Below, piece after piece: positions 1 through 12,300 of a stretch of 64,000 bases of DNA; the first letter of the stretch is position 1, and every line of letters begins with the position of its first letter. A model generated the notes under the pieces. The model was not told the DNA's origin, searched no databases, and saw nothing but the letters and a program-made list of their open reading frames with translations. This DNA comes from Klebsormidium nitens (taxonomy: Eukaryota; Plantae; Klebsormidiophyceae). Position numbers and translations under genes: made by a program. The stretch lies in NCBI GenBank assembly GCA_000708835.1, contig DF237048.1, forward strand, positions 142,396-206,395, in the 5' to 3' direction.

Positions 1-304
1 GAGTACTAAGGGACAAAGGCAGCGGCTCAGACAGGATCAGCAAGCTCTATGGGATAGTGAACCGGTCGGTTCGATCGACTCACCGCCAGGCCTAGTACTT
101 CATTGCCAGTACGCCGGTAGCATCCATATACCATGAAAACCTGCTAGAAGACCCAGAAGCAGCGCCAGAACAAGAGCACAATCTGCGACTTCTTCGTGCA
201 TCACACAGGTCTCAAACAGATACCGTCGATCATAAATAAGCCCAGAAAGGCGAGTACCATTCAAGGTCGTGCAGGAAGTCAGGCGTGCACCGGTTGAAAC
301 AGTC

Positions 305-1155
305 AAATTAAAGGCAAGCCATCATATTTACTCTGTAGAACGTTTGACGAGTCGGTCGACAATCCGGCCTTCGATCGAGCAGAAAGTCTGCCTTTGACGG
401 GCCAGCTCGGACGTGGATGATTCCATTGCGTGGGCGTTCCTAGATACCCATTCTGGCGTCATAGCTAGCCGTTTTTGCCACCTTGTCTTGCAGCTGACTT
501 GAAAACTTGGATGATGTCGATGTCGAAGCGTAGGATCCGCTTAAGCGGCGGCGGGGCTACCCAAACCCCTTTGGCGAACCTTCAATTCTGAAATTGTTTT
601 AGTAAGTTCGCCTGAAAATTAGATGCTGCTTCAACTCAATGTCGGCGGCTGCACAAGACAAGAATGTGGAAAAAGAAGCGGCATAATCCAGCGCGCCCAC
701 TTCGTATCAAAGGCAAGCCACCGTAATGATTCGTAGAACAATTTGAAGAGTCGGTCGACGATCGGCCGGCCTTCGTGCACATTTAAACAGCAGAAAGTGT
801 GCATTGGGCGGGCCAGCTCAGCTCAGATCTCGGCGCGACATACCAATGGGCGTTTCTAGACACCCATACTGGCTGTCACTCGTCATAGCTATTGTGACCA
901 CCTCGTTCTGCAGCTGATTTCAAAACTTTGATCACGCCGAAGCGTAGGATCCGCGGAAGCGGCGGGGGTGCTAACCAAACCCCTTTGGCGAACCTTCAAT
1001 CCTGGATAATTTTCGGTGCGCTGCCAAAAAATAGATTCTAGCTGGGTCAAATAAGGTGTCGGCTCCTGATCAATGACGAAAAGATGGAACGGTAAAAGGC
1101 AATCTAGCGCGCCCTATACTTCGTATCGATGTTTTGGCGCGTATTATCAAAGGAC
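305..1155. repeat. Degenerate direct tandem duplication, unit ~400-415 bp, 2 copies
   Basis: Identical 26-mer CCAAACCCCTTTGGCGAACCTTCAAT at 561 and 975; AAAGGCAAGCCA at 310 and 709; GAAGCGTAGGATCCGC and GAGTCGGTCGAC also occur in both copies. Confidence 0.9.
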
Positions 1156-1411
1156 CAAGTATGACCATTCTAAGTTTTGGAAGATCAGACCAATCACACG
1201 TACGTCGGAGCGAAGCAGATTCCTTCGTACCCCGTGTACGCTTCCGGAGCGCAAAACCGTGCTCCAGCCTCCACTCCAACCGACCCTTTTTATCTCTCCG
1301 AATTGAAATCTGATTTCTGGGATGGAGTCTGAAGCAGCCGGACTGGTTGCCGTCGCACAAAAGAAATGCAGTCAGCTTGTTCAAACAATCATAGCATGAG
1401 CGGCTCTAACA

Positions 1412-2138
1412 GTGAAAGGGTACTCTTCGCTTCGATGCTTGTACTGGGAAGACCCCAGATGGCAAAAAGTTCCTTCTTCCTTGCCGCAAAATAATTTGAG
1501 CCGTCCGCAAGGCGACTTATGGGGGTTCCGGACTTCAGTAATAGTCAGTCCAATGCTTTTCCACGTAAACGGAGCGGTTGGCAAGGTGCTGGAACACCAG
1601 CGTTCTTGGGTTGCATCAAAAGTGCAGTTACGTATGGGGTCAACAGCAGTCTTATGCGCAAACGTGCATACTCAGACGCTGCCAAGCGACTTTGACGACG
1701 AGCATCGGCGCGCCGAGGTCTGTGCGACCCGGCTCAGCAACCCTAAATCGACAGAGAAACAACGATCGCATCTGGCGACGAAACAAGAAATCAGATGTAT
1801 ACGAAGAATTCGGCAGTATGCTTGGAGACAAAGCGCTAGAAGCTTGCGCAAACGTTCATACAAACATACGGAATTTGATGGGCATTGCAGAGAGTCGGTG
1901 GATCAATCGCATGTCAAACGAACGCAGGCACCTTGACATCTCTCTCGCAAAAGGTCGGCAGGTCGGCTCCAGAAGAAAGATGTCCACGAGCCCCGGTGGC
2001 CCAGCTTGTCGTCCAGTCGGATCGACATTAAAGCTAGCATGCATCTGCCAGAGCGAACGTCCACGTCAAAAAGCGGTCAAAACAGGAAGTACTAATGTTA
2101 CAAAGGCTTCAACGGACGACGTCGATGGCCACAAATGA
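1412..2138 (+). pseudogene. Probable frameshifted remnant of an unknown protein with an internal repeat (CANVHT motif)
   Basis: Overlapping ORFs 1412-1936 and 1578-2138 carry related segments in different frames: MGSTAVLCANVHTQ...RAEVCATRLSN and MLGDKALEACANVHTN...IAESRWINRMSN. Family not recognised. Confidence 0.35.
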
Positions 2139-3339
2139 CGACCAAAATGTGGCACGTCATGGGCGCCCCTGATCGCCCCTGATCAGCGAAGTCATGGCCT
2201 TGGCGGTCTGCAATAAATTGCGTCACAGATAGAGTACCTTTGCCAAGTTGAACATAAATTTGATACAATGAGAACGGCTGAGTAGGCCCCGCGTCGAACC
2301 CACGTTAAGCTTTGGAGCCCAGCTGGTGCACCCTTTTCGAAACAACTCATGAATGTTTCGATCAACTTTTCAGCCCCTTCGGATTCATGCGAATCGCATG
2401 ACTGGCATGTTCACGTTTGTGTCGGACTTCGTCCCTCCCAAAACACCAGGCTAGGGGATGATTTCGATTCTCACTCAAAGAAAGGTCATTGAACTTCATT
2501 TGGAAACAATTTCGGAGAGTCTTGTTTCGAAGGGCAGTCATCCCGTCACTGCGGTCGAAGACAGTTCTGTACCGAAGGAGGCCTGGCTTCGGGAACTTCA
2601 CGGTCATCCAGATCACAGGCTGGTAGAACTGGGTTAGAAAAGGATGATAACCACTCCTGCTTGCTGCACTTGACATCGAGTCCCGTGCGTGTGACCTGGT
2701 GGGCGAACCGCGAGATCAGCCGCCTGCGCGAGTGTATGGAGAATCCTCGTGATTAACCCCTGGAAACCAGGCCGATCCATGAGTCATAAGTTCCCAGGCC
2801 TGCTGGTTCACGAAGAGCGTAATAGTATGGACGTGGCTCAATACAAGACGGGATTAGAGTGGGTCGAAGGCCCAAAATTGGCGTTGCTTCCTAGCCACAG
2901 CTTGGCGAGCTTGACATAGGACCTTCTCGACAACCGCAAATCACCGTGTCGTGACGACCAAATAGGGGGCTTTTATAAGACTCTTTGACATATACCAGAT
3001 TATGTGCGGCAGTCGCCCGGCATGATGCAAAGTTCTGAAGAACCGCAGGGTACCAAACGCGGAGCAAGAATCGTAGGGATCAAGCCCGTATCAGAAGTAT
3101 CAAAGACTTTCTCCTGAAGTATGGAGCACCCTGACGGCCTTCGAATGATGCATGGGCAAAAACCAAACATGCGAAATCCAAAAACGGGAGTTTCGCAGGC
3201 TTTTGGAGCGCAGCAAATGCATTCGCAAAATGAGCCATAATGCATCTCAAATGAGATGAGGACACTATTTCTATTTCTGCTGCCAACTGCAACTTGAAGC
3301 AACACGCTCCCGGCCCCTTCCTAATGTCTTCGCTCCTTG

Positions 3340-6300
3340 CCAGATGTTAATCCGTTATGCCAATCAAGTTTCTCGGAAAAGTTGGGTTTTTAAACACGAC
3401 AACTTGCATGCAAATGATGGAACCAAATGGGTGGGCGGCTTGACAGGCGTCTATTGTGGTTTTCAGAAGATTGGCACCTTCGAACAAGCGTGGCATGACG
3501 CGGACGTAACTGTGGAGGAGCGAGGCTGTTTGGTCCTGCCGTCGCATCACCCGAATTTTCCGCCGCACACTGTTTTCTTAAGTGTGACCTGGTGGGCAAA
3601 CCGCCGGATGGGCCTCGAAGCAACCCGAAAGGAACTTGAGAAGCCTGAATGCGCCCGCGACGAGAGGAGTCGGAAGAGAATAGCGCAGCGTTAAAAACAA
3701 ACCAGTCTGAAGGACACGAAGAGGAGAAACGAATCAGAGTATGAAAGTGGCTCAGGGAGACATGGCTGGGGTGGGCTGCTGTGCCCAACACCTGAAAGCT
3801 TCCTAACCACCGCTGAAATGGTTTCTCCGTTTTCCGCCACGGTTAACAAACCGAAACCTGCCGCCAAATTGGCCGACGTACTTAAACGTTTTCGTGCCTA
3901 CCTCATACTATATTATGCCCACCAGTGTCTTGTACTTTGCACCAGCAAGCTGCAAAGCCGGAAAAACACCAACTAAGGACCGGCGTAGTACGACGTCGCC
4001 AGAAGACATCTTCTTCAGGAAGAGTGCAGAAAAACGAGCAGGCTCCCCGGAATCAACGATAACAAAGCCTGACTGCCCGCCAACGAGACATGAGTCAAAA
4101 ACCGCCTTGTCAAAGGTCAAGAGACATGATCTCTAGAAACGATGTTGAATACATAATTTCTGGGGGCGGCCAAAGCTTTTGCGGACCGTCTCCATGCAAT
4201 TCGTTTCTCGTAAGATGCACGGAGAGCCGCCCCTCCTGTGTCAATACGAGGAAGGTCACTTTCGGCTGCGCCTTATCGCGCACGTATCATCCTGAGATTT
4301 CAGGAACAAGGCTGATTGAAAGCCCAAGTCCTACCGGAGTGTTGCGGAAAACTTAATCTGTTCCGCTTGCTTGATACTAAACACGACTTGACCAGGCAGC
4401 TAGAAATGTTGGCACTACTCTTAAACGCTCTGAAAGTGGTTCTCAGGCGAAGACGTTCCGATATTCCTAGTCAACTCATCCTTGTACGCAGAAACGCAAA
4501 TGGCCGGGCATGCACCTGTACCATCGATGAAGACAAAGGAGAAAGACATCTCACGACGGCTTCTCCGGATCAATTTAGCAAGGGCAATGCCAAAGAAAGC
4601 TCCTGGGTCTTTCAAAGCGCCGGAAAAGGTTAATGGCTCTTTCAATGAATCGGCTCAGGCACATCTCATGCTTCAGGAAAAAATGAAGGACACCCAATGG
4701 ACACCCTAATGCAAGCTCCACTTGTCACCCCCCAACGTCCTGGGCCAATACATATCATGGATTAATGATCGAGTCGACCGATGCAATCCTAGTTCGTCAG
4801 CCTCACTCGATCTCGACTAGAGGCAAAGTCGAGCGGCTCCGACCTGAGATCCTTATATGGCGTTGCATGAGCGCCGGTAGGATAAGTCACGATTTTTTTG
4901 AGTCATTGCCGCACTGGTAAGGGTCCTCCATTCCTAAAGCCTGGTTTCAGGGACATGAGCGTCTCCGAAGATTTTCGTAAGAATGCGAGAAAACAGTGGA
5001 TCCAAGGAATGCCGGTGATCCCTGCACATGGACACTTCTCTTAGAGCCCATTCACATGCAGTATACATGGAGCCGGCGGCGTACAGCGGAAAGCCACAGT
5101 GTCATACGTCTCGTCAATCAAAATTTTCAAACTTCAGATGATTCTTCCAGGAAAAAGCAAGCTAGCTGAGAAAGACAGGAAGATATTCACCATTCGTCGA
5201 ATTGCAAGTACAGAAGGTCTCGCATGCAGGTTAAGCTGACCATCGCTCTGTGCCCAAGAAGACAGGTGGATGCTGAGCCTCCAAACGAAGGCCCGTGGGT
5301 CTCGTCATCGCGTCTATAAGAGGTACTGGGAGTAGCCGATTCGGACTCTGACCGCTCTGGTTTACATCTTCGTACAGTATCAATTTTAGAAGCACAAGAA
5401 GCATGCCAAGGCTGCTAGGATTCAGAATCAGACGCGTAACCAGCCAACGTGCACAATTATTTTGCTGCTACCATTGAGGAGACTGGGCAGCTGCACCGGA
5501 CTGTGACCTTTATGAAACAAGTTTTTTACCTCCAGCGCTTTAATGACTGAACGGAATAAAGAGTCTAAAGTAGTAAAGGACTTCCTTACACTAGTGAAAA
5601 TCCAATCAGAACGTTCATGGCACTCGTTATGCCTATATGCCCTCAGAAGCGCGGCTTTGGAACGTAAGCTGAAGGCTATTCATTTACATTAGCATGACGC
5701 TACGTCGTTGTGTTGATTATGCCAAGAGGTCAACGCGGTAGCCAACTTACGGCCCCAAAGGAAAGCCGAAGACGAGCAACATCGTTTCTGTGACGGTAGT
5801 GGAGGCAATCTGAAGCTTTCGCATCCTCCATCATCGTTCGCGAAATAGCGCGAGCTGTGCGATTTCGTCAATGCCACTTTGGAGAGAAAACGTGAGCGCG
5901 GGACTGGGCTTGCAACGAGCAGTCAAGCGCTCGAGAGAAAGCACGTCTCGGGCCGAACCTTGGTGCAATTTAGTCCGCCAGCAGAACGTACGGTCGCGCT
6001 TCTGACGGCCCCTGACCAATCCCAGAGTCTGACTACACAATGACCGCCCGATATACTGCTGGTGAGAAGGAGAAGTAAAGCCGAAATTTCGGCGAACGCG
6101 CACCAGCAAAAAAGAGGTGGGGACCCAAAAGGGACATCAATAGGGGCTCGGATCAAAGGACTTATGTCCTGTGCAGTACTGAGCCGGCCGGTTGCAAATT
6201 GCATTGTTACGATCTTTCGACCGGGCAATGATTGGAGCCTGCAAGAGGTGCTTAGTTTCAGGAAACACAAGGTCGAACCTTCTTGCAGATTAAACCATCG

Positions 6301-9300
6301 TCGCGAACAAAGTGGGGTGTTTGGCAGCTTTGCGTCGAACCGTCATTTGTTACGCAGACCTTGTATACATTTGTAAGGCAGCAAAAGTTACACCGGGGAT
6401 GTGTATTCAACGCATCAACGCTCTCACGTTGGCAAACATCTAAATACTTGAAAGCTGGCCTCCACTGAAGTGACGCAACGTTTCCCTTTCAGTGCAACGG
6501 GTTCGAGCACGCTCATTCGACGTTGTCAACTGAGCTGCACGACTAGTCCCGAGAGGGAAAACCGGACTGACTCAAGTTCATAGTACTGTCTGCATCTGAA
6601 TCGGAGCGAGACATAGAGGTAGATGAAAATACAATGAGAAATAGATACATGTACATAAGCGCAAGAGTTAGCAACAGACACGCCTGAGGGGCGCGTGGAT
6701 ATGATATATGGCGGCTCTGATCTTGCAGACGACGAGATCCCGCTTGAGCCTTCTGGCTGCCCAAAAGCTCAAGCATAACCTTGTCATTACCGCACTAACA
6801 TCAAGGACCTTCCCAAAGTCCCGAGCTTTCCAAAGTGAGCTTGAGCCACTTTGAGGGGCATGTGGCGAATCTGAATGCTGCGCTCTCAGGCTAGGGGCTC
6901 TGGCGCACGCTCAAGATTACGTGTCCTTCTTCAACAGAATATCGTACTGTTGGACTGAAACGAAGGTCACGCGGCTACAGTACAAAACTACGGTAGTTGG
7001 ATTTTTGAATAAAATCAGAATACGGCGAGCATGCACGCCTTGCGGATTCCCTTACTGCATTGTCCGCCCAAACGAGAAGGTGATTACTGAACTTGTGAGA
7101 CCCGGATTCAGGAGGCTGTTCTAAAGGCATTCATACTGCCCAAAGGTGTGGGAAAAAACAGCCTAGACGGCTTGGCTCGAGGAACCTACGTTTTCTAGAC
7201 TGGTAGAAGTAAGAATGTTCACTCATGCCACACACTTTTCACTAATCACCGCCGCACACATTATCCCAGATTGATGCAGAGTGACATGTGGGCCCATCGG
7301 ATTGTCCAAGCAGCCCTTCGAACGTAACAGGCACCTGGGGAAGCTTGCGCGCATAACGAGAGATTCTGACGATTAGGCCAAACAAAAATTGATACCCAAT
7401 ATGAAGGTCACGAAAAAGACAAACGAAAGCGTATGATGCACGTGGCTCAAAGCGACGCACGTGGAATGGGCGGCCGCCGGTGTGCCCAGAAATGGCAGCT
7501 TCCTAGCCATAGCTCGGTAAGGTTCCAATCCTCAATTCCGCCTCGCTTCATTGTTAAAGACTGCCGCTGCGCCGGTCGATGCGGCCGTACTAAGTCGTTG
7601 CCAATCATTGGCTGTTCTTTTACCTCGTAGTTTACAACAGACGGAGCCGGAAAAGCAACAAACAATGCACTTAAGACTGTGACAGATGACAATGTTTTTC
7701 AGAAAGCAATCGAAAGAAGCTAAAAACGAGGCCTCCCAATTCTGAGGACAACAGCGACTGACTGCCCACTCAAAAACGGTGAGTCGCGAAGGTGTCACGT
7801 CAAGAGACATGACCTAAAGAAACGACGTATGATAAAAACGTTCAGAACGCGGCAAACGCGTTCGCGGACTGCCGTCATGCACTTCGTGTCTCGCAAGCCG
7901 TACAGAAGGGCCTTTTCATTACTTACGTCAGCACGCGACACGTCACTTTCGCCGCTTGATTGCGGCGGTTTATCTCTGTACGTCAAGGCTGATCATAAAA
8001 ATCCACCCAAAAGTGGAGCATTGCGAAACAATGATCTTAATTCATTGCTTTGAAGGCTTGGTTGATATCTAAGACACCATTTGACTAAGCAAAATAGCTA
8101 GAACAGGCAATCATGCTTCATCGCTCGAGCTCAATCGAAATTGGTATCCATGCGAAGGGGTTCCACTGCTTCCTTTGAAATCTCCTCGTGCGAAATCTTC
8201 GTCAACTGGCGAGCATCTTCGGCGGTTGAAGGACATAGAAATAAGCACGGCTCTTCAACAGGTATTTGAGCAAGGGCTCTGCGGACAAACCGCTCTCTCG
8301 GGCTGTCAAAGCACTGGGAAAGATGAAAGTCCTAGTTAGATTGCACCGGCCCTTCAAAACCAGGGCACGCCCAGTACGTGGACGCTCCAGTGCAAGCAGC
8401 TCCACGTGTCGGCGCCAAGCTGGGTCCAGATTGACTTGGTCTTAAAGACCAAGTCAATCTGATTATAGGCCGTCAGCCAGCTAACAAATCCTGAGAGATG
8501 ATAAGGGGAAGAGCGGCTCTGATCGAGACTTGGCACCTGATGTGGCGTTGCATGAGCGCCGGTGAACGTTCACAAGTTCAAATTATTGCCGCGCCGGTAT
8601 CATAGATCTGAATTCCTCGTTCTCTGGTGCCGACACTCGCAGGACTCGGACGGCCGACAGCAATTGATACGAGAACAATCTGAAAAGCAGTCGTTGTAGA
8701 TCTAGACCAACTGGCGGGACGGCGTAACCATGGCTCTGTGTCTGGGTGAGACAAGTGGATGAGCCTCCAAATGAAGACCCGTGGGTCCTCTTCATCGCCT
8801 TTCTACTAAAACTGGCACAAGCGAATAATCAAATTTTTGAGTGCTCTGGAGACGTATTGGTTTGCCGTTTGTTTAAATGAAGGTCTTCACCAGCTTCAGC
8901 GGCTGTAATCGATGGTCGGATCGGAACCTTTCAATAGGGCAAAGCAAACAGCTAAGATTAATCAGATCGAGTAGTTCGAGCGACGTGAGTACTGAACTTG
9001 TGAGAACCAGTTTTGCAGAGGCTGTTTCAAAGGCGTTCATTCTGCAATTGGGGTGAAAAGAACAGCCTAGACGGCTTGGCTCGAGGAACGTGCGCAAATC
9101 TAGGCTGGTAAAGGGAACGAAGGAGATGTGTTTACTCCTGCCGCAGGCAATACTCAAGTTCACGACATGATTACCGCACATCACTGTGACCTGGTGGGCA
9201 GGTTACTGGAATCTCGAAGCTGCTGCGGAGACTAATTGCGCGCGCAACAAGAGGACGCTGGCAGGAAAGATTCCATACCAATGTAAAGGTCAGGAAAAGT

Positions 9301-12300
9301 AGAAACGAAATAGGTCACAAAACGGAAAAGCCGAACAAAGTATGCACGTGGCTCAGAGCAGCCGGAGACCTCAGAGACCTTGAGTGGGCGGCCGCCAATG
9401 TGCATGCCCACAATATGGCAGCTTCCCAGCTATAGCTTGGTCAGATCCGATTATGATTCTCGGCCAAATTTTGAAGGACCTGCCGCCGCGCCGGAAGCGG
9501 CCGTACTAAGTCGTTTCCAATAGTTACCTGTTCTTCCCCTGGTACTTATACAACAAACGGTGCCGCAAAAGCAACGAACAAGGAACTTAGTACTGTGCCA
9601 GATGACAGAACTCTCAGACAGCAACCGGAAGAAGCTGGAAGAAAGAGGCTTCCCTGTTCCGAAGTTAACAAAGCCTGACTGCCCACCAATTCAAACGTGA
9701 GTCAAAAGGCGTCACGTCCAGAAACATGACCTACAGAAACGACGTATGTTCAGAGCGCGGGAAACCCGTTCGCGGACTGCCTCCATGCACTTCGTGTCTC
9801 GCAAGGCGTACAGGGGACCGACGTCTTTGCCGCTGATAGCACCCTACACGTTACTTTGGGCCGGTCAATTGCGGCAGGATCAATGCGCGAAGGCTGATAC
9901 AAACCCACTCAACAGTGGAGCGATGAAAAACAGTAGTAATCGTTATTGCTTCGAAGGCTTCGGTCATGATATACACCATCATTGGCATATTTAGTAGAAC
10001 CAGGCATAGCTGAAATTGGCGATACTCTTGATCGCTCTGAAGGTGGCCCTCATACGTCAAAGTGTTTTGACCACTCCTATAAAAGTCCTCCTCCTGCGCA
10101 ACGTTCTTCAATGGGCGAGCACTTTTGGCCGTTGACGGACATAAAAGTAAGATTCGGCTCGTCCAGATTGCGAGTCAACAAATTCTCTGCAAATAAACCG
10201 CCCTTCTAGGGCTGTCAAAGCTCTGGGAAAGACGAAAGTCCTGGTTAAATTGCACCCTTCAAAAAGAGCACCCCCAATATGTGGACGCCCTAGTGCGAGT
10301 TGCTCCACTTGTCACCGCCAACGTGGTCCATTTTTGAAGACAACCAAGTCAAGTGATTCTAGTCCTTCAGCCACACAATTTCTGGAGAATAAATGGGCGG
10401 AAAGCGGCTCCGACCGGGATGTGGAATACAACTATGGCGTTGCATGAGCGCCGGAGAAAATGGGTCACAAGTTCAAGTCATTGCCGCGCCGGCGAAACAT
10501 CAACCTGGACTCTTCCATTCCTAGAGGTGGCATTTTCGGTAAGGCCGACAGCATCAGATCCAAAGGACGATCTGAAAAGCGTCAGTGTATAATATACCAA
10601 CCAGTGAAAAGTGCACTAGGGTTCCAAGAAAACACCACCAAGAAGGTCCACTCGCAAAATTTACGTAGCCGGCGTCTGCTGGGAAGCCACAATGTGCTAT
10701 ATTTGATCAATGGGCGACCTGTCCGGAACATCGAAGCTTAATAGCTGAATTAGATGGGTTAAAACCAGTACGAATCACCATACTTTGAAACGCACGAGAT
10801 AAAGTCCCTTGCAAGTAAATCAAGCTGACGTGACTATGGCTCTGTGCTCGAGAGAGATGGATGAGCTTTTGAAGAGAGGCCACTGGGTTCTCGTCGATCA
10901 TCGCCTTTGCAGAGAAACTGGCATAAGCAGATGAGCAATCGTCTGACCGCTCTCGATAAACCCTTCGTACAATATCGTTTTCAGATTAAGTACAAAAACA
11001 ATGCCAAGATTGCTGGGGATCAGAGCTAGACGCGTAACCAGACCAACACAATCCTCTTGCTGCCACCCGTCAAGGAGACTGGGCAGCAATAGTGCCGGAC
11101 TGTGGGTTTATGAAACAAATTTTCCACCTTCAGCGGCTTCAATTGCTGGACGGGAGAGAGAATTTTCAAGTACTCAAGAAGCCCCTGACAGCCTGGAACC
11201 ACTGAGAACGTCAGTGGCACTTACTTGTACGACTGCATGCCCTCAGAAGCGCCGCCTTGGAACATGATTTTGAAGGCTATCCATTTACGTTAGCATGACG
11301 GTACGTATTGATTCTGCCAAAAGGTCAACGCGGTAGCCGATTTGACGGACCCAAATGAAACTCGAAGACAAGCGGCACCAGCTCCTTGACAAGAATGGAG
11401 GCAATCTGAAGCTTTTGAAACCCTCATCAAAATCCTTCTCGAGAGAAAGCGCGAGCTGCGTGGATTCGTCATCGCCATCCAGGAGAGAAGACGTGAACGC
11501 GGAAACGACTTGCAACGCGGTGTTCAAGTGCCATAATGTAACGGATCGAGAAAAAGCACGTCTCGGGCCGAGCCTTCGCGGATTCAGTTCGCCAGCATTA
11601 GCTACGGTCGTGCTTCTGTCGGCCCTTGACCAATTTCAGAGCACACAGATCGCCCACATAATGCTGGCGAGAAGGAGAAGTCTGGCCGAAATGTCAGCAA
11701 ACGCGCACCATTGAAGGGATGTGGGCGCCCAGGAGTGACATTAACAGGGGCTCGGGTCAAAGGGACTCATGTCCTAGGCAAGGTCAAGCGGGCCGGGGCG
11801 CAATTCACCAGCCGCGTCACCACCTTTCGACCGGACACTGGAGCTTTCAACTAGAGGTGCTGACCTAGAGTTTCTGGTAACGCAACTGAGATCGAAATTG
11901 TTTTGCAGATCAGACCGGGATTTGCAAAACCGAAAACTGGGGTGTTTGGCAGCGCCTTTGCGTCGAACGCCATTGTTCCGCCGGAGCCTGTACACATTCC
12001 ACATCATAGAGCAGCAAAAGCTACCCCGGGGATCTGGTCAATCAAACGCATCAGCGCTCTCATGTTTCTCTAAATGTTTTCCGAAAAGCTGGCCCGCCGT
12101 TGCCATCACACAGCGCTTTTCTTTCAGCGCCATCGGTTCGAGTACGCTCAGCCGACCGACGTCGTCGTCTGAACGGCACGATTAAGCAGGAGAGGGATGA
12201 CAGGACTGACTCAAGCTCAATCTACGCACCGTCAGCTAGATCTCAACGAGCGATCTTGAACGAGAGATATGTGTAGATAAGCGCACGTACAGTAGTTTTG

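Noticed and set aside
4858-4877. Conserved TGGCGTTGCATGAGCGCCGG in each array unit as a possible retrotransposon primer-binding site
   Set aside because: It is not preceded by a consistent LTR-terminal CA, no polypurine tract or gag/pol remnants are recognisable, and the tRNA complement cannot be verified.
6490-6510. GGTTCGA T-loop-like motifs (also ~12134 and ~15592)
   Set aside because: No cloverleaf or A-box context; they are part of the array unit, not tRNA genes.
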